A stretch of DNA of 32,000 nt from Nostoc punctiforme PCC 73102 (lineage in GTDB: Bacteria > Cyanobacteriota > Cyanobacteriia > Cyanobacteriales > Nostocaceae): NCBI RefSeq assembly GCF_000020025.1, contig NC_010628.1, forward strand, positions 7,860,001-7,892,000. The letters are read 5' to 3'. How positions within the stretch are numbered: position 1 is the first letter of the stretch; each line of letters starts with the position of its first letter. The notes beneath the pieces were generated by a model. That model ran no database searches, was not told the DNA's origin, and saw only the letters and a program-made list of their open reading frames with translations. Both the position numbers and the translations under genes were made by a program. Below are positions 8,820 through 16,597 of this stretch, in pieces.

Positions 8820-9524
8820 ATGGTTCAGCAAGTTCTAATCAATGATGATGATTACTATGTGCCAGATGCCAACCAGTTAATCACTGAAAATGACACTTTA
8901 GATAATTTTGCTACTTCCAAACAGAAACGCCTTTTAATTGGCTCTCTTTACAGTTCTCTACAAAACCAAACTTTTTTAGCTGAAGCTAATTTAGGTATTT
9001 ACTACACAGACCTTCAGCCGCCCATTGTTCCTGATGTCTTTCTCAGCTTAGATGTCCAAGTACCTCAGAATTGGTGGGAGAAACAAAATCGTTGCTATAT
9101 GGTTTGGCGTTTTGGCAAACCTCCAGAAGTTGTCCTCGAAATTGTCTCTAATAAAGAAGGTGATGAACTCGGCAAAAAACTGCAAATTTATGAACACATG
9201 CGGGCTAGTTACTACATCGTATATGACCCAAATCAGCAATTAACAGAAAAAACTTTGTATGTTTATGAACTAAGGGGAACACGCTACTTTGAAACTTCAG
9301 AAGCTTGGTTAGAACAAGTTGGTTTAGGTATAACTCTATGGGAAGGTAAATTTGAAGATAGACAGGATACTTGGTTACGCTGGTGCTACCAAGATGGTAC
9401 TGTTTTGCTAACTGGAGATGAACGCGCCGAACAGGAACGACAACGCGCCGAACAAGCTGAACAACGCACCCAAATTTTAGCAGAACGGCTACGAGCTATG
9501 GGCATCGATCCCGAAACTCTATAG
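8820..9524 (+). CDS. Uma2-family (DUF820) putative endonuclease
   Basis: The core has PDVFLSL...PEVVLEIVS...Y(x)E motifs typical of Uma2/PD-(D/E)XK-like proteins. The ERAEQERQRAEQAEQR..LRAMGIDPE tail is one I recognise from cyanobacterial family members. Confidence 0.8.
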   Translation: MVQQVLINDDDYYVPDANQLITENDTLDNFATSKQKRLLIGSLYSSLQNQTFLAEANLGIYYTDLQPPIVPDVFLSLDVQVPQNWWEKQNRCYMVWRFGKPPEVVLEIVSNKEGDELGKKLQIYEHMRASYYIVYDPNQQLTEKTLYVYELRGTRYFETSEAWLEQVGLGITLWEGKFEDRQDTWLRWCYQDGTVLLTGDERAEQERQRAEQAEQRTQILAERLRAMGIDPETL

Positions 9525-9535
9525 GACACTCATGT

Positions 9536-9560
9536 AAAAACGCAAAATTTTTGCGTCTTT
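9536..9560. terminator. Hairpin between convergent Uma2 gene and miaA (weak bidirectional terminator)
   Basis: ACGCAA (9540-9545) pairs with TTGCGT (9551-9556) around a 5-nt loop. An A-run lies 5' and cttt lies 3'. A 13-nt tandem duplication (tatgagcaaaaaa x2) follows. Confidence 0.45.
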
Positions 9561-9589
9561 ATATGAGCAAAAAATATGAGCAAAAAATC

Positions 9590-10498
9590 TCACGAAGAAT
9601 GAGTGCAATTTGTAAACTCATTTATACGCAGCCAAATCTTATCTAATAAATCAGGATTATTCGCATCAAACCATTCAATTTGGGGATATGCGCGAAACCA
9701 AGTGCGTTGTCGCTTGGCAAATTGCCGCGTATGCAAAATTGTTAATTCTTTCGCTTCATCTAAGGAAATATCCCCAGCTAAATATTGTTTGATTTCTTGA
9801 TAGCCCAAAGTATTCAACAAAGACAAATCAGCGCCATATTTTTGACAAAGATATTCCACCTCCGCAACCAAACCATCTGCTATCATTTGCTCAGTACGCT
9901 GTTTAATCCGATTCCCCAACTTTTCAACATCGCAATCCAAACCAATTTGCAAAATCGGATAATTCGGTGGATTCTCCCCTTGTTGTTCGGAAATCGGGCA
10001 TCCAGTAACATAATATACCTCTAATGCTCTTAGAGTTCGTACTGAATCATTAGCATGAATTTTTTGTGCTGCAACGGGGTCAACTTGTTGTAACATGGCG
10101 TAGAGTTGAAGCTGACCTAGAGATTCAAGTTGCGATCGCAATTCAATTTGTGGTGCAACTCTAGGAATTTTCATCCCTTGAACAATGGAACGGATATATA
10201 AACCAGTACCACCAACTAGCAAAAGTGGCGTAACATCAACAGAAGCAATTAACGCTTGTGTTTGTTCCTGGTAGTCTGCTACTGTCATCGTGTCTGTGGG
10301 ATCGCAGATATCTATTAAATAGTGCGGCACTAATTTTTGTTCAGCCACGGTTGGTTTTGCCGTCCCAATATCAAACTTACGGTAAACTTGACGAGAATCG
10401 GCACTAATAATTACAGAACCCAACCGCATCGCCAAAGCCAAAGCCAAACTCGACTTACCCGTTGCCGTCGCCCCACAAATCACAATTAATTTAGTCAT
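9590..10498 (-). CDS. miaA: tRNA dimethylallyltransferase MiaA
   Basis: 302 aa. It has the P-loop ICGATATGKSSLALALA, ISADSRQVYRKFDIGTAKP, GGTGLY and the RQ(x)TWFR motif. Confidence 0.95.
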   Translation of the reverse strand: MTKLIVICGATATGKSSLALALAMRLGSVIISADSRQVYRKFDIGTAKPTVAEQKLVPHYLIDICDPTDTMTVADYQEQTQALIASVDVTPLLLVGGTGLYIRSIVQGMKIPRVAPQIELRSQLESLGQLQLYAMLQQVDPVAAQKIHANDSVRTLRALEVYYVTGCPISEQQGENPPNYPILQIGLDCDVEKLGNRIKQRTEQMIADGLVAEVEYLCQKYGADLSLLNTLGYQEIKQYLAGDISLDEAKELTILHTRQFAKRQRTWFRAYPQIEWFDANNPDLLDKIWLRINEFTNCTHSS

Positions 10499-10512
10499 TA
10501 GTCATTAGTCAT
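10492..10512. repeat. Heptamer tandem repeat TAGTCAT x3 (ATGACTA on the minus strand), STRR-like, overlapping the miaA start codon
   Basis: There are three perfect 7-nt units. On the minus strand each unit supplies an ATG, and only the third opens the miaA frame. Confidence 0.8.
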
Positions 10513-10554
10513 TAATTTTCTTCCCTTTCTCCCCTGCCCCTCTTTGCCACTATT

Positions 10555-10582
10555 GCACGGTAGTGCAACCCTAGTATAAACT
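10555..10582 (+). promoter_or_regulatory. Candidate sigma70-type promoter for gyrB
   Basis: TTGCAC (10555-10560), a 16-nt spacer, then TATAAA (10577-10582), about 110 nt upstream of the gyrB ATG. The -35 sits inside the palindrome ttgcac-ggta-gtgcaa. Confidence 0.3.
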
Positions 10583-10695
10583 TCTCTTGAAAATGCCCTA
10601 CAGACGCTAGCAAGGCTTTTGTGTTACAATTTTGGAGTGTTTTTGCTTTTAATTAATTTTAGGCGAGTTTAACCCCACGCATCAGGAGAGTTTAC

Positions 10696-12633
10696 ATGAC
10701 GAGCAGTTACAGTGCCGATCAGATTCAAGTTCTGGAAGGTCTGGAAGCCGTCCGCAAAAGACCAGGAATGTACATCGGTACCACTGGACCGCGAGGACTC
10801 CACCATCTAGTTTACGAGGTGGTGGACAATTCAATCGATGAGGCTTTGGCGGGTCATTGCACTCATATAGAGGTGGATATCAACGCTGATGGTTCCGTGA
10901 CTGTAACAGATGATGGTCGCGGTATTCCCGTCGATACTCACTCGCGCACTGGGAAATCAGCTTTAGAAACCGTGATGACGGTACTACACGCTGGTGGTAA
11001 GTTTGGCGGCGGTGGCTACAAGGTTTCTGGAGGATTGCACGGGGTTGGTATTTCTGTTGTTAATGCCCTATCTGAAGTTGTAGAAGTTACAGTTTGGCGA
11101 GATAAAAAGGTTCATCTCCAACGCTATGAACGCGGTATCCCAGTTACTGAACTGCAAACAAAGCCTTACAAAGAAGCGAGAACTGGAACTTCTGTCACCT
11201 TCAAGCCAGATACCCAAATCTTTACAACTAGCATTGAGTTTGATTACATTACTTTATCAGGTCGCCTACGGGAGTTGGCGTATCTGAATGCAGGTGTCAA
11301 AATTACCTTTACTGACAACCGTCTAGAACTACTAAAAAGCGATACACCGAAGGTAGAATCCTACAATTACAAGGGTGGGATCAAAGAGTACATTGCTTAC
11401 ATGAACCGTGAAAAGCAACCTCTGCATGAAGAAATTATCTATGTACAGGGCGAACGCAACAACGTACAAGTGGAAGTTTCTTTGCAATGGTGTACTGATG
11501 CCTATACGGATAATGTGCTAGGTTTTGCTAACAATATTCGTACCGTGGATGGTGGTACGCACTTAGAAGGGTTGAAGGCAGTTCTGACTCGGACATTAAA
11601 TGCGATCGCCCGCAAGCGCAATAAGATTAAAGAGAATGAGCCTAACCTCAGTGGGGAACACGTCCGCGAAGGTTTGACTGCGGTAATTTCCGTTAAAGTC
11701 CCAGACCCAGAATTTGAAGGACAAACCAAAACCAAACTCGGTAACACTGAAGTACGGGGAATTGTCGATTCTTTAGTGGGAGAAGTCCTCACTGAATATC
11801 TAGAATTTCATCCTGCGATCGCAGATTCAATTTTAGATAAAGCTATCCAAGCTTTCAAAGCCGCAGAAGCAGCACGTCATGCGCGGGAATTAGTTCGACG
11901 CAAATCTGTACTAGAATCTTCACCATTACCTGGTAAATTGGCAGATTGTAGTTCTCGCGATCCTAGCGAATCTGAGATATTCATCGTGGAAGGGGACTCA
12001 GCAGGCGGGAGTGCCAAACAAGGACGCGATCGCCGCACCCAAGCTATCTTGCCTCTACGTGGTAAAATTCTTAACATTGAAAAAACCGATGACGCTAAAA
12101 TTTATAAAAATAACGAAGTTCAATCGTTAATTACAGCACTCGGTTTAGGTGTCAAAGGTGATGAATTCGATTCCAACCAACTGCGCTATCACCGCATAGT
12201 CATCATGACAGATGCTGACGTAGATGGGGCGCACATCCGAACTTTGTTGTTAACATTCTTCTATCGATATCAGCGATCGCTCATCGAACAAGGCTTTATT
12301 TATATTGCTTGTCCCCCACTGTTTAAAGTAGAACGGGGACGTAATCATGAGTATTGCTATAGCGATCGCGAAAAGAATCAAGCGATCGCCAAATTCCCTG
12401 CTAACGCCAACTATACCATCCAACGCTTCAAAGGTTTGGGTGAAATGATGCCACAACAACTCTGGGATACCACCATGAACCCAGAAACCCGCAAAATGAA
12501 GCAAGTCGAAATTGAGGACGCTGCCGAAGCCGATCGCATCTTTACAATCTTAATGGGCGATCGCGTCGCACCCAGACGAGAATTTATCGAAACTTATGGT
12601 TCTAAACTCAACTTCACCGATTTAGATATTTAA
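10696..12633 (+). CDS. gyrB: DNA gyrase subunit B
   Basis: 645 aa. Motifs: [38 protein letters not shown], the Toprim EGDSAGG, and [16 protein letters not shown] lies 7 nt upstream of the ATG. The frame is contiguous, with no intein. Confidence 0.97.
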   Translation: MTSSYSADQIQVLEGLEAVRKRPGMYIGTTGPRGLHHLVYEVVDNSIDEALAGHCTHIEVDINADGSVTVTDDGRGIPVDTHSRTGKSALETVMTVLHAGGKFGGGGYKVSGGLHGVGISVVNALSEVVEVTVWRDKKVHLQRYERGIPVTELQTKPYKEARTGTSVTFKPDTQIFTTSIEFDYITLSGRLRELAYLNAGVKITFTDNRLELLKSDTPKVESYNYKGGIKEYIAYMNREKQPLHEEIIYVQGERNNVQVEVSLQWCTDAYTDNVLGFANNIRTVDGGTHLEGLKAVLTRTLNAIARKRNKIKENEPNLSGEHVREGLTAVISVKVPDPEFEGQTKTKLGNTEVRGIVDSLVGEVLTEYLEFHPAIADSILDKAIQAFKAAEAARHARELVRRKSVLESSPLPGKLADCSSRDPSESEIFIVEGDSAGGSAKQGRDRRTQAILPLRGKILNIEKTDDAKIYKNNEVQSLITALGLGVKGDEFDSNQLRYHRIVIMTDADVDGAHIRTLLLTFFYRYQRSLIEQGFIYIACPPLFKVERGRNHEYCYSDREKNQAIAKFPANANYTIQRFKGLGEMMPQQLWDTTMNPETRKMKQVEIEDAAEADRIFTILMGDRVAPRREFIETYGSKLNFTDLDI

Positions 12634-12671
12634 TATCAATTCCTAGCACTACTCTAATAATTTGTGACATT

Positions 12672-12708
12672 GGTAATGAGTGATACGTTTTCACCCATTA
12701 CCTTTTTT
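12672..12708 (+). terminator. Intrinsic terminator of gyrB
   Basis: GGTAATG (12672-12678) pairs with CATTACC (12696-12702) and is followed by TTTTTT (12703-12708). It lies 39 nt after the gyrB stop. Confidence 0.65.
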
Positions 12709-12780
12709 ATATTCTAGGCTTCTATAAAATACTTCTTTTGGATGATGACAAAGCAATATTCCATAAATACTTTATACAAC

Positions 12781-12950
12781 TGTGCCTCTGCGGTAGTCTC
12801 CGGCAAGCCCTACGGGTGACGCTCGTACCGACGCTCGTTCCTCTCTACGAGACGCTGCGCGTAGCTCGCTTCTCCGTAGGAGTACGCTAACGCCAGTTCC
12901 TTTATGCCGGGGAACCCGTCCACCGGACTGGCTCACCGCTTTGCGTTTAT
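12781..12950. repeat. GC-rich island resembling Nostoc dispersed intergenic repeats (MITE-like), embedded in AT-rich spacer
   Basis: There is a sharp compositional jump. The segment contains ggcaagccctacggg, gacgctcgt x2, ctacgagacgctgcgcgtag (internal palindrome CTACG..CGTAG) and ggggaacccgtccaccggactggctc. No long ORF is open. Related short motifs occur at 28487-28520 and 31950-32000. Confidence 0.45.
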
Positions 12951-14207
12951 GTTATTCCGTAACTCTTGCGTAAATTTGAAATTTTTGATAGACCATATAA
13001 TTTGCTTATTGTCAATATCTGACGAAAATTCAATCTTCTAGTGTTAGCAAAACTACCAACTTTATTGGAAAGCTAGTTGGCACAATACTTTTTGCACTGA
13101 CTAGCTAATTAATTTTGTCCACCAACTAGAAACACATTTGTTATGCTTTAAGAAAATCACTGAATATCATCTATCAAACAGCAATTAATAAGTATTTTGA
13201 GGATTTCTCATCATAAGATGACAGGAAGTTACTGAAATATAAGTATTGAAATTTACAATTAAGTTACGCAATCCAGCTTTGTAACTAAAATTATCAGGTA
13301 ATTTTCTGGGTTCTCTCGGCTTGAGATAATGCTACTGGAAGCACACACCATCTGGCTGAAAACTTGTTAATATCTTCATGTACTGCCGTAGCGATCGCGA
13401 TTGTATCGTATGTATCTAATGAAGTTTTGCCAGAAATAGGACTATACTGGCAAATTCACAGGACAAATTGTTTTTGAATTGATTAAAATATCCTTGTATA
13501 CAATAAGAAGAGTTTGTCAAGTTTCATAGGGCTGAAATCGCCACAGTGCGCTAACGTGTGAATAAGGCCGAATTAGTTAAACCTAAATTGATCTGCCATC
13601 AGGTCGATATACTACAGCCTCAACTCCTCAGTTAAGGTAATTAGTAAGCAGAAGGTTAATTTCTTTAAGGCAAGCACCGCCACCCTGGTTGTATTTACCC
13701 AATCGAAATACTAGCTTTAATCTCAGGAATGCGTAATTTATGAAGGAAATGTAAAAATGGGTGGATTAATACTTGTCGTCTGAGTTAACATACAATGCAC
13801 TCTTCCTAAGTAATTAATGTTGTGTAAAATACATGAAATCGAGCAGGAGCAAGCGTACTTACTTTGTAATGTAATAAGAACGTCACTGCAATTCCGAAAA
13901 GTGGAGAAAAATTTCAGGGTATAACTCTTGTTTTTAATGTCTTTTTGGTAATAGTGGCTAATAATTACTCTGGGAGTTCATGATTAATACACAAAAAGAG
14001 TGCAATTTCTGTGAAACAGGCTACAATCGGAAGAGTCTTTATAAGAAAATCTGCCAGCAGTCTGAACTCATTAGTATAGAGTGGCAAATTTTTTCAGAAA
14101 GACGAGTATTTTTTTTGACCAGTTAGTTGAAAGCAATATGTGATAGCAACACATATAACATTTACTAGGGTGAGCAAATCACTTTTAGAAATGGCTTAAA
14201 CTAAAGT

Positions 14208-14229
14208 AAAAAAACCTCCTACCGGAGGT
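14208..14229 (-). terminator. Canonical intrinsic terminator oriented on the minus strand inside the sigA upstream region
   Basis: The plus strand reads AAAAAAA-CCTCC-tacc-GGAGG-T. On the minus strand this is ACCTCC-ggta-GGAGGT followed by TTTTTTT. No T-run follows the hairpin on the plus strand. Confidence 0.55.
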
Positions 14230-14358
14230 GCAAAAGATCCGAAAATATTTCTGGCAAATCTGCCAAAAAGCTTATTTTCGGTTGACAATTGGCTCGTTTA
14301 AAAGAGCAGTAAACACATCTTGAGTAATTGATTCTGCAAGGAGCATGAGGAACGCGGC

Positions 14359-15528
14359 ATGAACCAGGCTAACAACGTACTCGAAAGCATATATCAGCCT
14401 GACCTAGAAATAATGAATCAGCCTGAGCTCGAGTTAGAAGAACTCTTAATAGATGATGAAGAGGACTTGCTTATCATCGATGAAGGTGACGATGAATTTT
14501 TAGAGCCTCAGTCTGATGAGGACGACGCAAAGTCTGGAAAAGCCGCTAAATCGCGTCGTCGGACACAAAGCAAGAAAAAGCATTACACAGAAGATTCCAT
14601 TCGGCTTTACTTGCAAGAAATTGGTAGAATTCGGCTGTTGCGGGCAGACGAAGAAATCGAATTGGCGCGAAAAATCGCCGATTTGCTGGAATTAGAGAGA
14701 GTTCGGGAAAGACTCTCAGAACAGTTGGATCGCGATCCTCGAGATAGTGAATGGGCAGAAGCAGTACAATTGCCCTTACCAGCTTTTCGTTATCGCCTGC
14801 ATGTTGGTCGCAGAGCGAAAGATAAGATGGTGCAATCTAACCTCCGTCTTGTGGTTTCAATTGCTAAGAAGTACATGAATCGTGGTTTGTCGTTCCAAGA
14901 CTTAATTCAGGAAGGCAGTCTCGGTTTGATTCGTGCCGCTGAAAAGTTTGACCACGAAAAAGGCTATAAGTTCTCCACTTATGCTACATGGTGGATTCGT
15001 CAAGCAATTACCCGCGCGATCGCAGATCAATCCCGCACAATTCGTCTTCCAGTTCACCTTTACGAAACCATCTCTCGGATTAAGAAAACTACCAAGTTAC
15101 TGTCTCAAGAAATGGGTCGCAAACCCACCGAGGAAGAAATCGCTACTCGGATGGAAATGACCATTGAGAAGTTGCGCTTCATTGCTAAATCCGCACAGTT
15201 GCCTATTTCACTAGAAACGCCTATTGGTAAAGAAGAAGATTCTCGATTGGGCGATTTTATTGAATCCGATGGTGAGACACCAGAAGACCAAGTTTCCAAA
15301 AATCTTCTGCGCGAAGACCTGGAAAAAGTTCTCGACAGTCTTAGCCCCCGCGAACGCGATGTACTCAGACTACGTTACGGCTTGGATGATGGTCGGATGA
15401 AGACCCTTGAGGAAATCGGACAGATTTTCAACGTCACCCGCGAACGGATTCGTCAAATTGAGGCGAAGGCACTCCGCAAGTTACGTCACCCAAATCGTAA
15501 CAGCGTTCTCAAGGAATATATTCGGTAG
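14359..15528 (+). CDS. sigA: Principal (group 1) RNA polymerase sigma factor SigA/RpoD
   Basis: 389 aa. It has an acidic N-terminus, region 1.2 ([16 protein letters not shown]), region 2 ([49 protein letters not shown]), and regions 3 and 4 ([29 protein letters not shown]). Confidence 0.96.
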   Translation: MNQANNVLESIYQPDLEIMNQPELELEELLIDDEEDLLIIDEGDDEFLEPQSDEDDAKSGKAAKSRRRTQSKKKHYTEDSIRLYLQEIGRIRLLRADEEIELARKIADLLELERVRERLSEQLDRDPRDSEWAEAVQLPLPAFRYRLHVGRRAKDKMVQSNLRLVVSIAKKYMNRGLSFQDLIQEGSLGLIRAAEKFDHEKGYKFSTYATWWIRQAITRAIADQSRTIRLPVHLYETISRIKKTTKLLSQEMGRKPTEEEIATRMEMTIEKLRFIAKSAQLPISLETPIGKEEDSRLGDFIESDGETPEDQVSKNLLREDLEKVLDSLSPRERDVLRLRYGLDDGRMKTLEEIGQIFNVTRERIRQIEAKALRKLRHPNRNSVLKEYIR

Positions 15529-15580
15529 TCAATAGTTATCAGTCATTTGTTTAAAGCGAATGACTAATTGCAAAAAAATA

Positions 15581-15617
15581 AAAAACCTGGTAGTGAATTA
15601 GCACTCCAGGTTTTTTT
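15581..15617. terminator. Bidirectional intrinsic terminator between convergent sigA and the HLIP gene
   Basis: The sequence is AAAAACCTGG-tagtgaattagcact-CCAGGTTTTTTT, with an A-run 5' and a T-run 3'. A second hairpin (AGTCATT..AATGACT) lies at 15541-15567. Confidence 0.75.
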
Positions 15618-15645
15618 ATTTATAGGTCATCTTAGATATTAAAAC

Positions 15646-15831
15646 TTATAGGATGCCCCAAAAATGTAGAAAGCCTTGACCAGAAAAAAGCTCAACCAAA
15701 ACGGCTGCTGAAAAACCAATCATTGCCAAGCGACCGTTCCAAATTTCTGCTTGTGGGGTAAAGCCCCAACGCCAAGCGTTGCGATCTTCAATTACAGGAG
15801 TAGTGACTTTTGTTGTGCTTGCATTTGTCAT
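15646..15831 (-). CDS. High-light-inducible protein (HLIP, one-helix CAB/ELIP/HLIP family)
   Basis: 61 aa with the chlorophyll-binding helix motif [30 protein letters not shown] lies 9 nt upstream of the ATG. Confidence 0.9.
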   Translation of the reverse strand: MTNASTTKVTTPVIEDRNAWRWGFTPQAEIWNGRLAMIGFSAAVLVELFSGQGFLHFWGIL

Positions 15832-15870
15832 GGTTCGGACTCCAAACTTAATTCTTAAGGTTTATTGCCT

Positions 15871-15888
15871 TATGTAAACTAATATAAC
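15871..15888 (-). promoter_or_regulatory. HLR1-like direct repeat (candidate RpaB site) upstream of the HLIP gene
   Basis: The minus strand reads GTTATATT-AG-TTTACATA. This gives 7/8 and 8/8 matches to the (G/T)TTACA(T/A)(T/A) octamer, repeated with a 2-nt spacer. The site ends 39 nt upstream of the ATG. Confidence 0.4.
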
Positions 15889-16189
15889 AAATATTTTTAG
15901 AAAGGCAACATTTTTTATACTTTTGTTTCCATAGCTTGACATAAATAGAGATAGCTATTTATACAGATTAAAACATCAGCCTTCAGTGAGATTTACTGAG
16001 ATAGAAGAAATGTTACTTAGACTTTTACCTTTATAGGCTAATATATCTTGTTAAGAGTAATTATCAAGTAATTTAGTTGTGTCGCTTTATTTCCGAAAAA
16101 TTTAGGATTTTAAAATAAAATTTATTGATAAAATAAGTCATTACTAGTCCATTTCCATTTCTTTTGAAGTTGAGACAAAACCAAACTGC

Positions 16190-16588
16190 TCATATCTCAG
16201 TGGAATGAAGCCTGAGGCATTTTGCCTCAGTTTCTCTCACAAAGCAGATAATTTCCTTTAATAATGCTGTTGTAATTCCATGTCCTCGCCACATCGGAAT
16301 TGTATAAACGTTCATAATGTAGGCTTCTAAGCCTGAGAGATTGCTGTTATGAAGGGGTCGTTGAAAAAATACCAAGCCGCTAGTGGCAACAATTTGACAA
16401 TCCACTTCAGCTACCCAAGCTAAAAACTCACCCGACGGCATTTTTTCGCCAATATATTTTCGAGTTGCTTCTGCTAGGTTTGTGGTGTCAGAGTCACCTT
16501 TAATATCGCCAGCCTCCCGCAGGAGTTCGAGACGCAGTTGGATTAGCGCCTCTAAATCCTGCAAGTTGGCTTGTTGCAAGTTGAACAT
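16190..16588 (-). CDS. GNAT-family N-acetyltransferase (C-terminus out of frame, see findings)
   Basis: The acetyl-CoA binding segment is IPMWRGHGITTALLKEI. The ATG lies 9 nt after the stop of the upstream gyrA-family gene. The reading frame ends at ...LHSTEI, while the expected terminal YEQFGF... strand is encoded in another frame at 16144-16194. Confidence 0.8.
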   Translation of the reverse strand: MFNLQQANLQDLEALIQLRLELLREAGDIKGDSDTTNLAEATRKYIGEKMPSGEFLAWVAEVDCQIVATSGLVFFQRPLHNSNLSGLEAYIMNVYTIPMWRGHGITTALLKEIICFVRETEAKCLRLHSTEI

Positions 16589-16597
16589 CGCTGTGAT

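Noticed and set aside
10696-12633. Looked for an intein in gyrB, since inteins occur in gyrB of some cyanobacteria
   Set aside because: The 645-aa frame is contiguous across the usual insertion region, with no Cys/Ser-initiated insertion or HNx terminal block.
12781-12950. Considered whether the GC-rich island is a tRNA, another structured RNA gene, or a coding fragment
   Set aside because: It has no T-loop (GGTTCGAATCC-like) or cloverleaf arms, no long open frame on either strand, and its motifs resemble dispersed repeats found elsewhere in the window.
13243-13256. Perfect NtcA consensus GTA-N8-TAC (gtattgaaatttac) about 1.1 kb upstream of sigA
   Set aside because: No TAN3T -10 box lies at the canonical ~22-nt distance on either strand; the nearest are about 29 nt away on the plus strand and 27 nt on the minus strand. 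A single match to this degenerate consensus is expected by chance in 1.7 kb of AT-rich DNA. It is worth rechecking only if a nitrogen-regulated TSS maps nearby.
13378-13419. 13-codon Cys-rich micro-ORF (MYCRSDRDCIVCI) in the sigA upstream gap
   Set aside because: There is no RBS, the HIP1 site gcgatcgc accounts for part of the sequence, and the length is well within chance expectation.
14345-14362. 5-codon uORF (ATG AGG AAC GCG GCA TGA) whose stop overlaps the sigA ATG
   Set aside because: The AAGGAG at 14338-14343 lies only 1 nt from this ATG, too close to serve it, and the uORF is tiny. It is most simply a coincidence within the sigA ribosome-binding region.
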